Assembly: GCA_029880065.1 (NCBI GenBank)
Contig: JAOUPD010000001.1
Span: forward strand, 1-46,713
Source: Hadesarchaea archaeon
GTDB lineage: Archaea; Hadarchaeota; Hadarchaeia; Hadarchaeales; Hadarchaeaceae
Length of the DNA: 46,713 nucleotides
Reading direction: 5' to 3'
Part shown: piece by piece, positions 30,541-41,416 of the stretch
Numbering within the stretch: the stretch's first letter is position 1
Layout of the letters: each line of letters opens with the position of its first letter
Program-made: the position numbers and the translations under genes
The notes under the pieces: model-generated
What the model saw: the letters and a program-made list of their open reading frames with translations, nothing else
What the model was told of the DNA's origin: nothing
Databases searched by the model: none

Positions 30541-32232
30541 TTAACGATGAGCATATGCCGCGACGAGCTTCGGCCTGACCGCATCAACCCGAACGAACCC
30601 GTACCGCTCAAACTGTAAGATGGTGTCGACCTTGAGACCTGCCACCGCCGGCTCTGCTAGTCCAAATTCGCGGGAGTTATCAGGTTTTATCACTTCAACC
30701 TCCACCGCCCCTGCTGAAACCCACTGGATTTTCGGTACATCCGCGAGTTCAAGCCCCTGAAACTCGGCCTCGAGCACCTTTCCCTTCGAGCTAAGGGTCA
30801 CATTCATTAAGTCCTTCAAGCGGAAGATTTGTCCCTCCTGCAGAACTGTGGTATCTTCACCGGCGAGATAAAACACGAGCGCATCGCCCTCACGCGCGAG
30901 CGGCAGAATACGCTCCCCATGTTCAGGGTGACCCGGGTGCAAACGAAGCCGAACTTGCTTTAGGTCGGGCGTCTTGTGCACGAGCACCTTCACGGGGTTC
31001 TGGACGAAAAAATAGCGGTCCGCTCGCTCATCGGAGAACTTTCGGTTGTATGCGTAGAGTGTCTCCCAGCTGAGTGAGCTATCGACGAGCGTGGGGCCGA
31101 TATCTAAGATAAGCTGTTTAATCGCCTCGGGCACGAAGCCCCGGCGCCTGAGCGCTGCAATCGTCCCCAACCTCACGTCGTCGTAGCCTGTGAGCTCACC
31201 GTCCCGAATGCCCTGCATGGTCTGGGTCTTGCTTAACGCCATCCCGGCCATGTTCAAGCGCCCATACTGAACCGCCGTGGGGTATTTCCACCCGAGGTGC
31301 TCGAAGAGTGTGCGCTGGCGCTGCTCATTGACCTCGTGCTCCTTCCCTCTAATGATGTGCGTTACCCCCATTTCATGGTCGTCGATTGAGACCGAGAAGT
31401 TGTAGAGGGGCCAGACCGAGTATCGCTCCTCCATGCGCGGGTGGGGCTTAGCCGTCACCCGAAGCGCAGGCCAATCGCGCACAGCAGGATTGGGGTGATT
31501 TAGATTGGTCTTGATACGCACGACCGCTTCCCCCTTAGCGATTCCACCGGCCAGCATCCGACGCCATCGCTGAAGTTGTTCTCCGCTAGAAAGCTCGCGA
31601 CATGGACAGGGCTCCCCACGGTCACGCAGCTCCCGGAAGTCCTCGATGGAGCAGGTGCACACGTAAGCCTTGCCTTCGCTCAGGAGTTGCTCCGCATAAT
31701 TGTAGTAGAGTTCGAGGCGGTCGGACTGCGCGTGCTCCTCGTCCCAGCTCATGTCCAGCCATCGGAGGTCCCGGCGGATGAGCTCGTACATCTCAAGCAG
31801 CGCGTTCTCTGGGTTTGTGTCCTCGAAGCGCAGGATGAACTTGCCCTTGTATCGGCGGGCGTACTCGTGACTGAGTAGAGCCGCTCGAATGTGACCTAGG
31901 TGAAGCGGCCCATTAGGGTTAGGGGCGAAGCGTGTGATAACCATTGGATATTTTTCGACATCGGGAAGCTCGGGCAAACCGCGCCGCTCCTCGGGCTTAA
32001 GTCGCTCCACGGGACCCACCTTGCGAAGTTGGAGGAGTTTCTCCTCATGAGGAAGCTCGTTGACCTCAGCCACGACCTGCTCGACCATCGCGGAGAGTTC
32101 CTTAATCTTGGAACGCCACCCCGGTAGCTCCGCCACCAGCTTTCCTAGTACGGCCTTTGCGCTCGCTCGCCCATCGTGCTCGAGAGCGTTCGTGAGAGCC
32201 CATCGAAGCGCTTCCCTGCGAATGTCCTCCAA
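30541..32232 (-). CDS. gltX: Glutamyl-tRNA synthetase (archaeal/eukaryal type)
   Basis: FAPNPNGPLHLGHIRAAL (HIGH), LSKT (KMSKS-like MALSKT), 563 aa. TTG start. Confidence 0.9.
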   Translation of the reverse strand: MEDIRREALRWALTNALEHDGRASAKAVLGKLVAELPGWRSKIKELSAMVEQVVAEVNELPHEEKLLQLRKVGPVERLKPEERRGLPELPDVEKYPMVITRFAPNPNGPLHLGHIRAALLSHEYARRYKGKFILRFEDTNPENALLEMYELIRRDLRWLDMSWDEEHAQSDRLELYYNYAEQLLSEGKAYVCTCSIEDFRELRDRGEPCPCRELSSGEQLQRWRRMLAGGIAKGEAVVRIKTNLNHPNPAVRDWPALRVTAKPHPRMEERYSVWPLYNFSVSIDDHEMGVTHIIRGKEHEVNEQRQRTLFEHLGWKYPTAVQYGRLNMAGMALSKTQTMQGIRDGELTGYDDVRLGTIAALRRRGFVPEAIKQLILDIGPTLVDSSLSWETLYAYNRKFSDERADRYFFVQNPVKVLVHKTPDLKQVRLRLHPGHPEHGERILPLAREGDALVFYLAGEDTTVLQEGQIFRLKDLMNVTLSSKGKVLEAEFQGLELADVPKIQWVSAGAVEVEVIKPDNSREFGLAEPAVAGLKVDTILQFERYGFVRVDAVRPKLVAAYAHR

Positions 32233-32372
32233 TCAATCACTCGACAGATATTCTATCGGCGCTGCAAATAAAGCTGAAGTGGGGTGCACGAACCTGAACG
32301 GCTTGAAGAGAACAAGCAACGAGGATACCCTCAGTAGTCCCGAAGAATCAATTAATCGTTATTTTCAGCAAT

Positions 32373-33014
32373 TTATTCCGTACTTTTAAATCCGGTTTTC
32401 ATTAAAATTTCTTTAAGACTTTTAAGGTTAAACTTCGTGTTAGCGCAACCGTTCTTGATGAGGAAGACCGCCTGACCGGGCAGATTCTTGTTTTTAAGGA
32501 ACCCTCCCCCTTTCTTCAGTTCTTGGCTGCACGCAACTCCGACGACTCCTTCGTACGGGTTTTTCTTTAGTATTTGGGGTATGCAGGTGCCGCCGGGCAA
32601 CACGTAAACACCGTATCCTCTTTCTTTTCCCAGCGCGGTTGCTTTGTTGATCAAACAGTCGGAGGAGCAGTGGGCGCAGTAGTAAGAGGGAATCTTTGGG
32701 TCGAAACGCGCTTGGCACCTGTTGTCCATGTATTTTCTCGAGCAATGAGGCAGAAAAAGTGCTCTCTTTTTGGTTTTCAGAAACTTTTCTCTGTATAAAA
32801 GATTTCTGATTTGTATATCCACAAGATCTTCGACGAGCATGGAAGCATCGGAGATATTTAAACCCGTGAGTTCGCGAATTTTGAGCTTCTTAGCCAACTG
32901 CCGTACACCCCTCCCGATTCTCTTGTGCATATTTTTTTCATATGCAGCCCTAACGAGCCCTCTGAAAAATGATCGAGGCACGCGCGACAGGTCGAAGCTA
33001 AACTTATATGGCAT
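32373..33014 (-). CDS. DUF116 family protein (Cys-rich, unknown function)
   Basis: LFLPHCSRKYMDNRC...YYCAHCSSDCLINKAT...VLPGGTCIPQILKK...GVVGVACSQELKKG matches my recollection of PF01976/DUF116. Confidence 0.65.
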   Translation of the reverse strand: MPYKFSFDLSRVPRSFFRGLVRAAYEKNMHKRIGRGVRQLAKKLKIRELTGLNISDASMLVEDLVDIQIRNLLYREKFLKTKKRALFLPHCSRKYMDNRCQARFDPKIPSYYCAHCSSDCLINKATALGKERGYGVYVLPGGTCIPQILKKNPYEGVVGVACSQELKKGGGFLKNKNLPGQAVFLIKNGCANTKFNLKSLKEILMKTGFKSTE

Positions 33015-33169
33015 GTTTATTAGTATTGGCGGTCACATTTTTAAGGTTTGAGAGGAAAATTACAATGTCAGCACCTTGAACAGTTTGAATTGACGTCTAC
33101 GAAACAATGAGAGGTGGGTAGAGGGATGGGTATGTAACCCCGCCAATCATTTCGAAACTACTGGCTTTA

Positions 33170-34168
33170 TCAAAACTCCCGTTTGATCGTAAAATCCGCC
33201 AACTCCGACAAAATTTCCCTCGCCCTTGACTCCGGTAGCGCCTCCAACTTAGATTTAGCTTGGGCGACGAGCTCCCGCGCTCGTTCAGCCACATAATCGA
33301 TTGCGCCCGTACGCTTTAGCACATCAATCGCTGCCTTCAACTCGACCTCCGATGCGTCCCGCTTGCCAAGCGCGCGCAAAAACGTGGATTTCTCCTCCTG
33401 TGATGCAGTGGCGAGAGCCCTGACTACGATGAGCGTTCGCTTGCCTTCTCGAATATCGCTCCCTATTGGCTTGCCGAACTTCTCCTGCTCACCCGCCACG
33501 CCAAGCACATCGTCCCGCATTTGAAATGCCAATCCGATCAATCGCCCGTATTCAGCGAGTGCACGGACCTGCTCGGGCTCTCCTTTCCCCAAGAGGGCCC
33601 CGACCTTCATGGACGCCTCTAGGAGCGCCCCCGTCTTCCCGCTGACCATGCGCATGTACTCAGCCTCGCTCACGTCGGCACGTCTCTCGAATAACATGTC
33701 GAGCACCTGCCCCTGACAGATCTCGAAGCTAGCCTTGCTCACCGTGTCGAAAAGTTCGACCACGCGGGCGCCCTCAAGTCCAAGCCGTTTGGCGTTCGCG
33801 GCCACAGCCTCGAAGACCTTCGCGAAGAGCGCGTCGCCAGCTATGACCGCAACAGGCACCCCCCATAGTATGTGTACCGTCTTCACGTTCCGCCTGAACT
33901 CATCCTGGTCCATTATGTCGTCGTGGATAAGGGTGAAATTGTGTAGGAGCTCAAGCGCTGCCGCTGCCTCAAGGGCATCCTCTGCTTTGCCCCCCACCAC
34001 CTCACACGCAGTGAGCGCAAGGCACGGGCGGAGCCGCTTCCCGCCAGCTTCAAGTAAGTGCCGCGTCGCGCGCGTCAATATCTCGGGCTCAAGCCCGCGG
34101 GAAACCCAACGGTCAATCTCGCGTTCAACCATGCGCGCCCGCTCCTCCATGTACTTCAACAAGTCCAT
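33170..34168 (-). CDS. idsA: Geranylgeranyl diphosphate synthase (short-chain trans-prenyl diphosphate synthase)
   Basis: FARM LIHDDIMDQD and SARM FQMRDDVLG. 332 aa. Its ATG abuts the RNase J stop. Confidence 0.9.
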   Translation of the reverse strand: MDLLKYMEERARMVEREIDRWVSRGLEPEILTRATRHLLEAGGKRLRPCLALTACEVVGGKAEDALEAAAALELLHNFTLIHDDIMDQDEFRRNVKTVHILWGVPVAVIAGDALFAKVFEAVAANAKRLGLEGARVVELFDTVSKASFEICQGQVLDMLFERRADVSEAEYMRMVSGKTGALLEASMKVGALLGKGEPEQVRALAEYGRLIGLAFQMRDDVLGVAGEQEKFGKPIGSDIREGKRTLIVVRALATASQEEKSTFLRALGKRDASEVELKAAIDVLKRTGAIDYVAERARELVAQAKSKLEALPESRAREILSELADFTIKREF

Positions 34169-35494
34169 TTAACCACTCAACCTTAGGCACGACCCATTTC
34201 TGAGCAAATGCATGTTTCCGCTCGGATACTCAAGCTCCCGCCCCAAATCTGCCATAAGCCTGAGCTTGTCCATGGTGCTATGGCAGGGAATTAAGTGCTC
34301 GGGTTTTACGAGCTCGAGAAACTCCTTGGTGCCAACCCGCCCGGCGTGACCCGAGGCATGGACATCGCGGTGGATGCTGCCTCCTTGGGCTTGAAGCTTC
34401 GTCTCAAGGAGCTCACGATTGGATTCATTTATCGGATTTGGAATGACACTTGCCGAAAATATTACCCCATCACCACGCTTAATTTTGAAAGGAAGCTGCC
34501 CGTTCGCGATGCGCGAGAGCACCGATGTCGGTTCCCCTTGGTGCCCCGTGCAAATAAGCACGTAGTCTTCCCTTGATTTCTCAACCTCACGAAGCAGGTT
34601 GTGCACCGCGTTCGGGCGCCCATGGATGCGTAGCTCTGGAGGGAAGTCGACCAAATCAAGGTTGAGTGCAGCCGTGCAGTAATTGCGGAGTGAGCGTCCG
34701 ATTAGCACCGGGGTGCGCCCCAGCTCGAACGAGAGGTCGACTATCGATTTTAACCTAGTGATGTGAGAGGAGAAAGTTGTCACGAGCACAGCCTTGCCAG
34801 CGGAGCTCGCTTCTATCATAGTCTCTTGGAGCATCTCCTTCACATGGCCCTCCGAGGGGGTGGGACTTGGTTCATCTATCCTTATTGCTCCGACAAGAGC
34901 TGCAAGCACCCCATCTTTCGCCAGCTTTTTCAGGCACGCACGATCTGTCTTGTATCCCAACAGAGGTTCCTCATCAAACTTGAAGTCGCTGGCAAAGAGC
35001 ACGGTTCCATCCGCGCTATGGGCAGCAATGAAGGCCGTTTGAAGGATGCTGTGAGCAGCGGGGATGAACTCCAGCTCGATGTCGTCCACCTCCACGCTAT
35101 CTCCTGGCATCACCGTTCGAAGCTCGTTCTTGGGCTTGAAAGTGCGCTCCTCGCGTATAACGTGTTTCACGAGTTCGAGGGTTAACGGGGTACCGTAAAT
35201 CGGGATATCATAAGCGTGCGCTAGCTTGCCAACCGCGCCTATGTGGTCGAGGTGCCCATGGGTGAGTACGATCGCCCGAACCCTTCGGTTGCGGAGCGAG
35301 CTGTCGTCGGGAATGCCGTTTATGTTTATGAGCTCCTCGCGACTCATCTCCCCTATCTCGGCATCCTCGAACGCCATGATGCTGTCGAGCCTTACTCCCA
35401 TGTCGATAATCACGTACTTACCGTCGAAACCTAGAGCAGTCATGTTCTTACCGACTTCACCCAAACCGCCCAACGGGAGGATTTCAACAGTCAT
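34169..35494 (-). CDS. rnj: Archaeal RNase J (metallo-beta-lactamase / beta-CASP 5'-3' exoribonuclease)
   Basis: [11 protein letters not shown] motif, beta-CASP region, HASGH near the C-terminus. About 440 aa. Holds the conserved position between idi2 and idsA. Confidence 0.8.
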   Translation of the reverse strand: MTVEILPLGGLGEVGKNMTALGFDGKYVIIDMGVRLDSIMAFEDAEIGEMSREELININGIPDDSSLRNRRVRAIVLTHGHLDHIGAVGKLAHAYDIPIYGTPLTLELVKHVIREERTFKPKNELRTVMPGDSVEVDDIELEFIPAAHSILQTAFIAAHSADGTVLFASDFKFDEEPLLGYKTDRACLKKLAKDGVLAALVGAIRIDEPSPTPSEGHVKEMLQETMIEASSAGKAVLVTTFSSHITRLKSIVDLSFELGRTPVLIGRSLRNYCTAALNLDLVDFPPELRIHGRPNAVHNLLREVEKSREDYVLICTGHQGEPTSVLSRIANGQLPFKIKRGDGVIFSASVIPNPINESNRELLETKLQAQGGSIHRDVHASGHAGRVGTKEFLELVKPEHLIPCHSTMDKLRLMADLGRELEYPSGNMHLLRNGSCLRLSG

Positions 35495-36576
35495 CGTCGC
35501 CGCCCTCGCCCGAACTCATCTGGGTTCAAGCCGCGAGCTAGGAACCACTCGCGTGTCCTGCCCGTGATCACGATAGGCACTTTATGCAAATCCTCGACTC
35601 GCTTGCAGCCGGTGAGAAACATCACGGCCTTCAGCTCCACAATGAAATTGTTCAAAAGCTTGACAACCGCTTTTCTGCCTCGGGGCACGGCACGCAGGAG
35701 GGGGAGCGCCAAACCGACGAGATCGGCACCTAGCGCAAGCGCCTTCACGGCATCCAAGCCCGTGCGCACGCCGCCGCTCGAAATCACTGGCACCCTAACT
35801 TCCTTGGCTACCTCCGCTGTGCAGACCGCTGTCGGGATGCCCCAATTCCAGAAGGCAAGCCCTAAGCGAGCACGAGCTTGTGGACGAAGCGCCTCCACTC
35901 TAGCCCAAGAGGTTCCCCCGGCGCCGCTTACATCGATTGCCGCCGCTCCAGCACCGACCAGCTTTCTTGCCACTTCTGCGCTCACTCCGCTGCTTGTCTC
36001 CTTAACTATCACCGGGCACTTGAGCGCCCTGCAGATCTTAGCAAACTTTGCAAGGGCGCCCCTGTACTTGGGTTCGCCCTCGGGCTGCACGAGCTCCTGT
36101 AGCGGGTTCATGTGGATTGAGAGAGCATCTGCGTCAATCATCTCGACCGCTCGACGCGCCTCCACCACTCCATAGCCATGCGTCAGCTGGGGCATGCCCA
36201 AGTTGCCCACGAGAAAGACATCCGGGGCAACGCTTCGAACTTTATACGTCTTCGCCAGTTTTTTGTCCTCGATTGCCGCGCGCTGGCTCCCAACGCTGAA
36301 AGCCAACCCGAGCTCCTGCGCTACTGAGGCCAAGACCAGATTTATCTTCCCTCCCCGTTGGTGGCCGCCCGTCATCGCGCACATCATTATTGGCGCCTTA
36401 AGCTTAGCCCCTAGGAAGGGGGTGCCCAAGTCGATGTCCTCGAGATTGAGCTCTGGGAGGGCATCATGAATAAGCTCGATGTCGTCGAAACCGGGTCCCT
36501 TGATGGGAGCTTCGACGTTTTTTTCTAAACAAACCCTGATGTGATCAATTTTTCGATTGACCGTCCGCTTGCTCAT
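35491..36576 (-). CDS. fni: Isopentenyl-diphosphate delta-isomerase, type 2 (FMN-dependent)
   Basis: TIM-barrel FMN enzyme pattern ([43 protein letters not shown]). Stop overlaps the rnj ATG (ATGA). Confidence 0.9.
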   Translation of the reverse strand: MSKRTVNRKIDHIRVCLEKNVEAPIKGPGFDDIELIHDALPELNLEDIDLGTPFLGAKLKAPIMMCAMTGGHQRGGKINLVLASVAQELGLAFSVGSQRAAIEDKKLAKTYKVRSVAPDVFLVGNLGMPQLTHGYGVVEARRAVEMIDADALSIHMNPLQELVQPEGEPKYRGALAKFAKICRALKCPVIVKETSSGVSAEVARKLVGAGAAAIDVSGAGGTSWARVEALRPQARARLGLAFWNWGIPTAVCTAEVAKEVRVPVISSGGVRTGLDAVKALALGADLVGLALPLLRAVPRGRKAVVKLLNNFIVELKAVMFLTGCKRVEDLHKVPIVITGRTREWFLARGLNPDEFGRGRRR

Positions 36577-36580
36577 TCAC

Positions 36581-37381
36581 TCACCTCGCCACAACTCTCG
36601 TGCCGAGCCCGACCTCTCCTAGAATCGCCCGCCTCAGGATGTTTGGCTTCGCCGCGTTAACTATCTCCGCCTCCACCCCGCGCTCGGCCAACGCAAGCAA
36701 CTCACGCACCTTTTTCGCCATGCCACCCGTGACATCTCTTCCACCGACGCCGCTACTCAACCGCTTCTTAACCGAAGACCAGTTGCTCAAAGAGATCTCC
36801 TGGACAAGTTTGGCATTTTTATTTGTCTTCGGGTTTACAGTGTAAACCCCATCGACATCGACACCTAGGATAACCCGCTTCGCCCCAAGTTCGCACGCGA
36901 GTTGAGCAACCAACTGGTCACCCGAAAGGATGCTCATCCCCTTGCCCAAATCTGGCACAGCATCCCCATATAACACAGGTACGAGCCCGAGCTTGAGTAG
37001 TTTGCGCAAAGGCGTGAGCTCCATCGACTTTATCCTTCCATTCTCCACCACGGCACAAGCAGAGGGTTGCATCGCCACCGCAGGCACACCCGCTTGCTGA
37101 AGAGCGTCCACCACATAAGCGTTAAGTTTTTCCATCGCGCGATGAGTCAGCGCGAATCCGATTAGCTGTCGCGGGTTCCCATAACCCTCGGCGATCTTGT
37201 ACTTCGATGCCACAGGGTGCCCAAATGAACCGCCCCCGTGTACAAGTACGAGGGAACCTTTGGCTGCGGTTAACTCGCGGGCGAGTCTCCTCAGCACTGT
37301 CCGCTTTACCGTGAACTGCCTCCGTTTGTCGGTAATCACGCTTCCGCCAAGTTTAACAATCAACGGTCGTATATCAATCAC
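36581..37381 (-). CDS. Isopentenyl phosphate kinase
   Basis: Amino-acid-kinase fold with VKLGGSVITDK and LVHGGGSFGH. 266 aa. GTG start overlaps the upstream TGA (GTGA). Confidence 0.85.
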   Translation of the reverse strand: MIDIRPLIVKLGGSVITDKRRQFTVKRTVLRRLARELTAAKGSLVLVHGGGSFGHPVASKYKIAEGYGNPRQLIGFALTHRAMEKLNAYVVDALQQAGVPAVAMQPSACAVVENGRIKSMELTPLRKLLKLGLVPVLYGDAVPDLGKGMSILSGDQLVAQLACELGAKRVILGVDVDGVYTVNPKTNKNAKLVQEISLSNWSSVKKRLSSGVGGRDVTGGMAKKVRELLALAERGVEAEIVNAAKPNILRRAILGEVGLGTRVVAR

Positions 37382-38217
37382 CTTAACACCGCAATTGAAC
37401 CGTAACCGACAACTTGCGCCATGGGGCCCGCAGTTTCACCGCTAGTTGCATATTTTAATAGCTCCGCCTTTTTTGCCCCAAGCTTTTTCGCGGCTTGCAA
37501 CATCGCCGAAACTGGCCCGTAACCGCACATGGTTATGGCCTCCTCCTCGACGGTGCTAATTAACCCCTCTGCGTCAAGCGCCAGAATTTTATTTATTGCT
37601 CTGTGATCCTTCGTGGTGGCCGAACGTTGGGATTCGTAATGAGTGAAATCAGTTGACGCGATTATCACTGCATCCTTCCCCTCCGAGGCCTTGGCAATCG
37701 CGCCCCCAACCTCTTTACTCGTCTTGGTATCCTGCAACATCATGCATATCGGCACGATTTTGAATTTATCGCCGAAGAGATGCTGAAGAAATGGTAGTTG
37801 AACCTCCAGCGAGTGCTCGTAAGCATGGGCGACCATGTCAACATCGATGATATCCGACGCCTGCTTAATTGCTTCGCTCAGCGCTTCGTCTATTTGAACC
37901 TCTCCTAAAGGAGTCCCCCATTTTCCCGAAGTAATTATCGAAACACCCGAGCCCGTACCTCTGTGATTGGGCCCAATAATCACGATCGAACTTGGCATGC
38001 CGTCTTGCGCCATGTATGTGAATCCATGTGCAGCGACCGGTCCTGAGTACATGTAGCCCGCGTGAGGCGAAACCAATCCTACAAGCCGCCTCGGCCCGGC
38101 ACGCACTTTCGGAACTTTTCCAGACCCGTGTGGATGGGTGTAACACCACTCGATTTGCTCCAAAAGGTCTGATCGGGTGCCAGCGTAAAATTGTCCTGCG
38201 ACCACAGGGGGCCTCAC
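37378..38217 (-). CDS. MEMO1-family protein (AmmeMemoRadiSam system protein B; COG1355)
   Basis: PVVAGQFY, SPHAGYMYSG, GPNH, HSLEVQLPFLQ motifs. GTG start abuts the rps2 stop. Confidence 0.8.
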   Translation of the reverse strand: MRPPVVAGQFYAGTRSDLLEQIEWCYTHPHGSGKVPKVRAGPRRLVGLVSPHAGYMYSGPVAAHGFTYMAQDGMPSSIVIIGPNHRGTGSGVSIITSGKWGTPLGEVQIDEALSEAIKQASDIIDVDMVAHAYEHSLEVQLPFLQHLFGDKFKIVPICMMLQDTKTSKEVGGAIAKASEGKDAVIIASTDFTHYESQRSATTKDHRAINKILALDAEGLISTVEEEAITMCGYGPVSAMLQAAKKLGAKKAELLKYATSGETAGPMAQVVGYGSIAVLR

Positions 38218-38847
38218 CTACTCACCACCGCTCTTGGTCTCAAACTCCTCGACCGAAACCTCGAACGGCTTGTCCGGTGAGAGGTCGCCCCGCTCCCGAA
38301 GCACTTGACGCGCGAGCAACCAGTAGACGAGCGCAAGCGCCCTGCGTCCCTTGTTGTTAGTTGGAATAATGATATCTATGTCCGCCGTTTCGTTGTCGGT
38401 ATCACAGAACCCCACCACAGGTATACTCACCTCAGCCGCCTCGCGCATGGGTTGTTCATCCGCTAGTGGGTCGGTGATGACGAGCGCAGCTGGCTCAATA
38501 TATCCCTTGTAGAAGGGGTTGGTGAAAGTGCCCGGGATGAACCTGCCCACCATGGCCTTGGCTCCAGTCACCTCGCCAAATCGCTGAGCTGGACGCTGGC
38601 CGTACTGTCGAGCCGATACCACGACGATACTCGCGGGCTCAAACCGCGCCAAGAACCTCCCGGCCAAGTTTATCCGCTCGTCGGTCTTCCGGACATCGAG
38701 CACATATAGCCCATCGGGTCGCACGCGGTATATGAAAGAAGACATCGCGCCCGTCTTCTGCCGGGTCCCTATGTGGACACCGCTAGAGAGGTAAGTATCA
38801 AAATCCACCAGCCCGACCACGCCTTCCGCAAACTCAGGTGTGCTCAT
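38218..38847 (-). CDS. rps2: 30S ribosomal protein S2 (uS2)
   Basis: [14 protein letters not shown]...[32 protein letters not shown] overlaps the eno stop (ATGA). Confidence 0.9.
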   Translation of the reverse strand: MSTPEFAEGVVGLVDFDTYLSSGVHIGTRQKTGAMSSFIYRVRPDGLYVLDVRKTDERINLAGRFLARFEPASIVVVSARQYGQRPAQRFGEVTGAKAMVGRFIPGTFTNPFYKGYIEPAALVITDPLADEQPMREAAEVSIPVVGFCDTDNETADIDIIIPTNNKGRRALALVYWLLARQVLRERGDLSPDKPFEVSVEEFETKSGGE

Positions 38848-40166
38848 CGAAGCTTCCCCATTTTTGTTCGATTCCCCAGTTCTTCTTCAATTCGGATTAA
38901 CTCATTAAGTTTGGCTACCCGCTCGCCCCCGACCGCGCCCGTTTTGATAATGGGACAGCCCCATGCCACAGCTAGGTGGGCGATGGTTTCGTCGGGAGTT
39001 TCCCCTGAGCGATGGGATACCACAGGAACATAGTTGCGCTCTTTCGTAAGTTGCACAGCCTTGTGGGTGTCTGTAAGCGTGCCGATCTGGTTCGGTTTTA
39101 TCAACACCGAATTTACAGCACCGACTTCAATCCCTTTTTGAATCCGCGCGACATTTGTGACGAAGAGATCATCACCGCATATCAGGCATTTTTCGCCGAC
39201 TTTTTTCGTAAGCTCGGCAAACCCATCAAAATCCTCCTCGTGCAACGGGTCCTCAACGAAAAAGAGCTTGTATGTATTGATCAAATCGAGGATGAAATTT
39301 ATTTGCTCGCCCTCGTCCCGAGATTTCCCTTCCCGTTTATATCGGTACTTCTTCTCATGCTCATCGTAAAGGCTACTTGCAGCAACGTCAAGGGCAGGCC
39401 TTATCTCAAATCCAACCTCGCTACTTATTTCCTCACATGCACGTGCAACTATTTCGAGAGCCGCTGAGCTATCGAGATTTGGGGCCCATGCACCTTCGTC
39501 ACCCTTACCGCCAGTGAAGGTTTGATCCTTTGCCTCGATGAGGGCTCGCACACGCTTATGAATTTTGGCGTTGGCGAAAAACGCATCAACAAAACTTTTC
39601 GCGCCGACTGGGATGGCATGAAATTCCTGTATGTCGGGAGCCTGTCTGCCAGCATGAGCCCCACCACCGAGCATGTTTCCAAGCGGGTATGGCAGTTGAA
39701 CCGCTTCCTCGCCACCTAAATGCTTATACAAAGGTATACCACGAGCTGCCGCCGCTGCCTTTGCAACCGCCATGGAGATAGCTACCGCCGCATTTCCCCC
39801 AATTCTCGAGAAATTTGGCGTCCCATCGAGTTCATGAAGAAGGGAATCTACCTCCTCCAACCGGTCAGCTGGGCTACCGATTAACTTCGGCACCAAGATT
39901 TCTTTAAAAGCTTTAACTGAAGCCTTAACACCTCCTTCGGGAAATGCTATGACCTCGTGTTTTCCCCTGCTCGCTCCGCTAGGCGCGGCCGCTCTACCAA
40001 CGCCCGCCTCCGCCCCGCTCTCGCTTCGTACTACAACATCAACCTCAATGGTTGGGTTGCCTCTGCTGTCGAGAATCTCGCGTGCGGTCAGACTCTTAAC
40101 GATGAACTTTTGCAAGTTTACACCCTTTTGACATAGCTGACAAACCTTAAAATTACTTCTGTCCAT
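38844..40166 (-). CDS. eno: Enolase
   Basis: [23 protein letters not shown], and the rest of the enolase core. The track ORF (to 40277) reads through a tRNA 3'-end remnant and is over-extended. ATG 40166, or more likely TTG 40115 (AAGGGTG upstream, which gives [17 protein letters not shown]). Confidence 0.9.
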   Translation of the reverse strand: MDRSNFKVCQLCQKGVNLQKFIVKSLTAREILDSRGNPTIEVDVVVRSESGAEAGVGRAAAPSGASRGKHEVIAFPEGGVKASVKAFKEILVPKLIGSPADRLEEVDSLLHELDGTPNFSRIGGNAAVAISMAVAKAAAAARGIPLYKHLGGEEAVQLPYPLGNMLGGGAHAGRQAPDIQEFHAIPVGAKSFVDAFFANAKIHKRVRALIEAKDQTFTGGKGDEGAWAPNLDSSAALEIVARACEEISSEVGFEIRPALDVAASSLYDEHEKKYRYKREGKSRDEGEQINFILDLINTYKLFFVEDPLHEEDFDGFAELTKKVGEKCLICGDDLFVTNVARIQKGIEVGAVNSVLIKPNQIGTLTDTHKAVQLTKERNYVPVVSHRSGETPDETIAHLAVAWGCPIIKTGAVGGERVAKLNELIRIEEELGNRTKMGKLR

Positions 40167-40232
40167 CTCCCCTCTTTTAAGAGTTTTTGATGAAATAAAT
40201 GGGGGAGCTGTCTCACAAACCGTTCGTTTTGA

Positions 40233-40258
40233 GTGGTGGGGTCGCCGAGATTTGAACT
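40233..40258 (-). repeat. Orphan 26-nt copy of the tRNA-Pro 3' end (att-like direct repeat)
   Basis: gtggtggggtcgccgagatttgaact is identical to 42454..42479 (T-loop, 3' T-stem, 3' acceptor strand, discriminator, CCA, +1). The upstream context (GGAAG) cannot form the T-stem, so this is a fragment and not a gene. Confidence 0.85.
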
Positions 40259-40280
40259 TCCTATAGCCACCCTGCAACTT

Positions 40281-41039
40281 TCATTTTCCGCTCAATAATT
40301 GAGCCGCCTCTTTTACGCTCTTAACGAACATCCCTATGTCGGAAGACCAGACGATATAGCGAAATCCCATTTTCCTGTAATACGATAGCTCATCCGCTGA
40401 GGCAACGTAGATTCCCGCTGCTTTATGCTTCAGGTTACAGGTCTTGACTATTTTTTCAATGGCAGCCCTCACGGCGTCATCCTGCGTATTCCCTGGTTTA
40501 CCAAAAGACTGGCTGAGGTCAACGGGACCAACGAAGACAACATCCACGGAAGGAAGGTCACAGACTTTTTCCACTTGATTGACCATATTACGGTTTTCGA
40601 TGTGGACGGCAATAAGCGTCTCTTCGTTCGCCGTCTTCATGTAGCTTTTTTTATCCGCGAAACCGTAACGAGCCGCGCGATGAACAAATGACAGGCCGCG
40701 CGAACCATCAGGAAAGTACTTGGCAATATCTACCGCCTGTTTCACTTCTTCGATAGAGGTCAGACCCGGCAACTGGACTCCCGCCGCACCGGAATCCAGG
40801 GCATGAAGTATATGCTCCTCCTGAGGACTGGAGACACGAACGATAACGTCGAACGATGCTGCCATTCCCGTGCGGATTATGTTCTCGATGTCTACAGGGG
40901 AGAAGGGCGAGTGTTCGCCGTCAATTACGGCAAAATCAAAGCCAGCCCAGTTGAGAATTTCTATCACGGCAGGAGAATTGATTTTCACAAACGTTCCGAA
41001 GACAGTTTGGCATTTTTTCAGTTTTTCCTTAATCCTCAT
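40281..41039 (-). CDS. HpcH/HpaI family aldolase (2-keto-3-deoxy-acid aldolase-like)
   Basis: 252 aa. The pattern FGTFVKINSPAVIEILNWAGFDFAVIDGEHSP...VIVRV...HALDSGAAGVQLP...PDGSRG is typical of class II HpcH/HpaI aldolases. Confidence 0.75.
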   Translation of the reverse strand: MRIKEKLKKCQTVFGTFVKINSPAVIEILNWAGFDFAVIDGEHSPFSPVDIENIIRTGMAASFDVIVRVSSPQEEHILHALDSGAAGVQLPGLTSIEEVKQAVDIAKYFPDGSRGLSFVHRAARYGFADKKSYMKTANEETLIAVHIENRNMVNQVEKVCDLPSVDVVFVGPVDLSQSFGKPGNTQDDAVRAAIEKIVKTCNLKHKAAGIYVASADELSYYRKMGFRYIVWSSDIGMFVKSVKEAAQLLSGK

Positions 41040-41056
41040 GATGTCACCAGCCTCCT

Positions 41057-41401
41057 TTATTTCAAGTAGTCTTCTCGTTTGGGAGAAAAGATGTCCAAAT
41101 TAATAACGGGTTTTTTGCCTTTGGCGACGATGTAATGTTCCACATTGGGGGGAATATACAGTAATCCGCCTTCCTTAAGTGGATAGGTGTCTTTGCCAAC
41201 ATGGAATTCGCATTCACCATCGATGATATACACTATCTGCTCGTGCATATGAGAATGCGGTTTAGGATCGTGTCCGGGTTCCAAGAAATTCAGGGACAGG
41301 GTAGCTCCTTCGCCGGTAAACACCTTTCTCTTGACGCCCTTTCTTACCTCTTCCCAGGGCATCGCATTCCAGTTAGCTGCAACTATATTCATGATGTTCA
41401 T
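41057..41401 (-). CDS. Cupin domain protein
   Basis: 114 aa with cupin motifs HSHMHEQIVYIIDGE ... GGLLYIPPNVEH. Confidence 0.75.
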   Translation of the reverse strand: MNIMNIVAANWNAMPWEEVRKGVKRKVFTGEGATLSLNFLEPGHDPKPHSHMHEQIVYIIDGECEFHVGKDTYPLKEGGLLYIPPNVEHYIVAKGKKPVINLDIFSPKREDYLK

Positions 41402-41416
41402 CTCTCCTTTGGCAAA

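Noticed and set aside
35564-36175. Long plus-strand ORFs opposite idi2. Similar antisense ORFs lie at 20857..21327, 22705..23358, 24917..25405, 11814..12389, 41201..41809 and 45961..46572.
   Set aside because: Each lies wholly inside a confidently identified gene on the other strand. Their Ala/Ser/Pro/Arg-rich low-complexity translations are typical of GC-rich antisense frames.
40167-40277. N-terminal 37-codon extension of the enolase ORF in the track ([20 protein letters not shown]...).
   Set aside because: The extension is translated straight through the orphan tRNA-Pro 3'-end fragment (40233..40258). A TATA-like TTTATTT box sits at about 40194..40205 inside it. Enolase homology only starts around [12 protein letters not shown]. 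The real start is ATG 40166 or TTG 40115.
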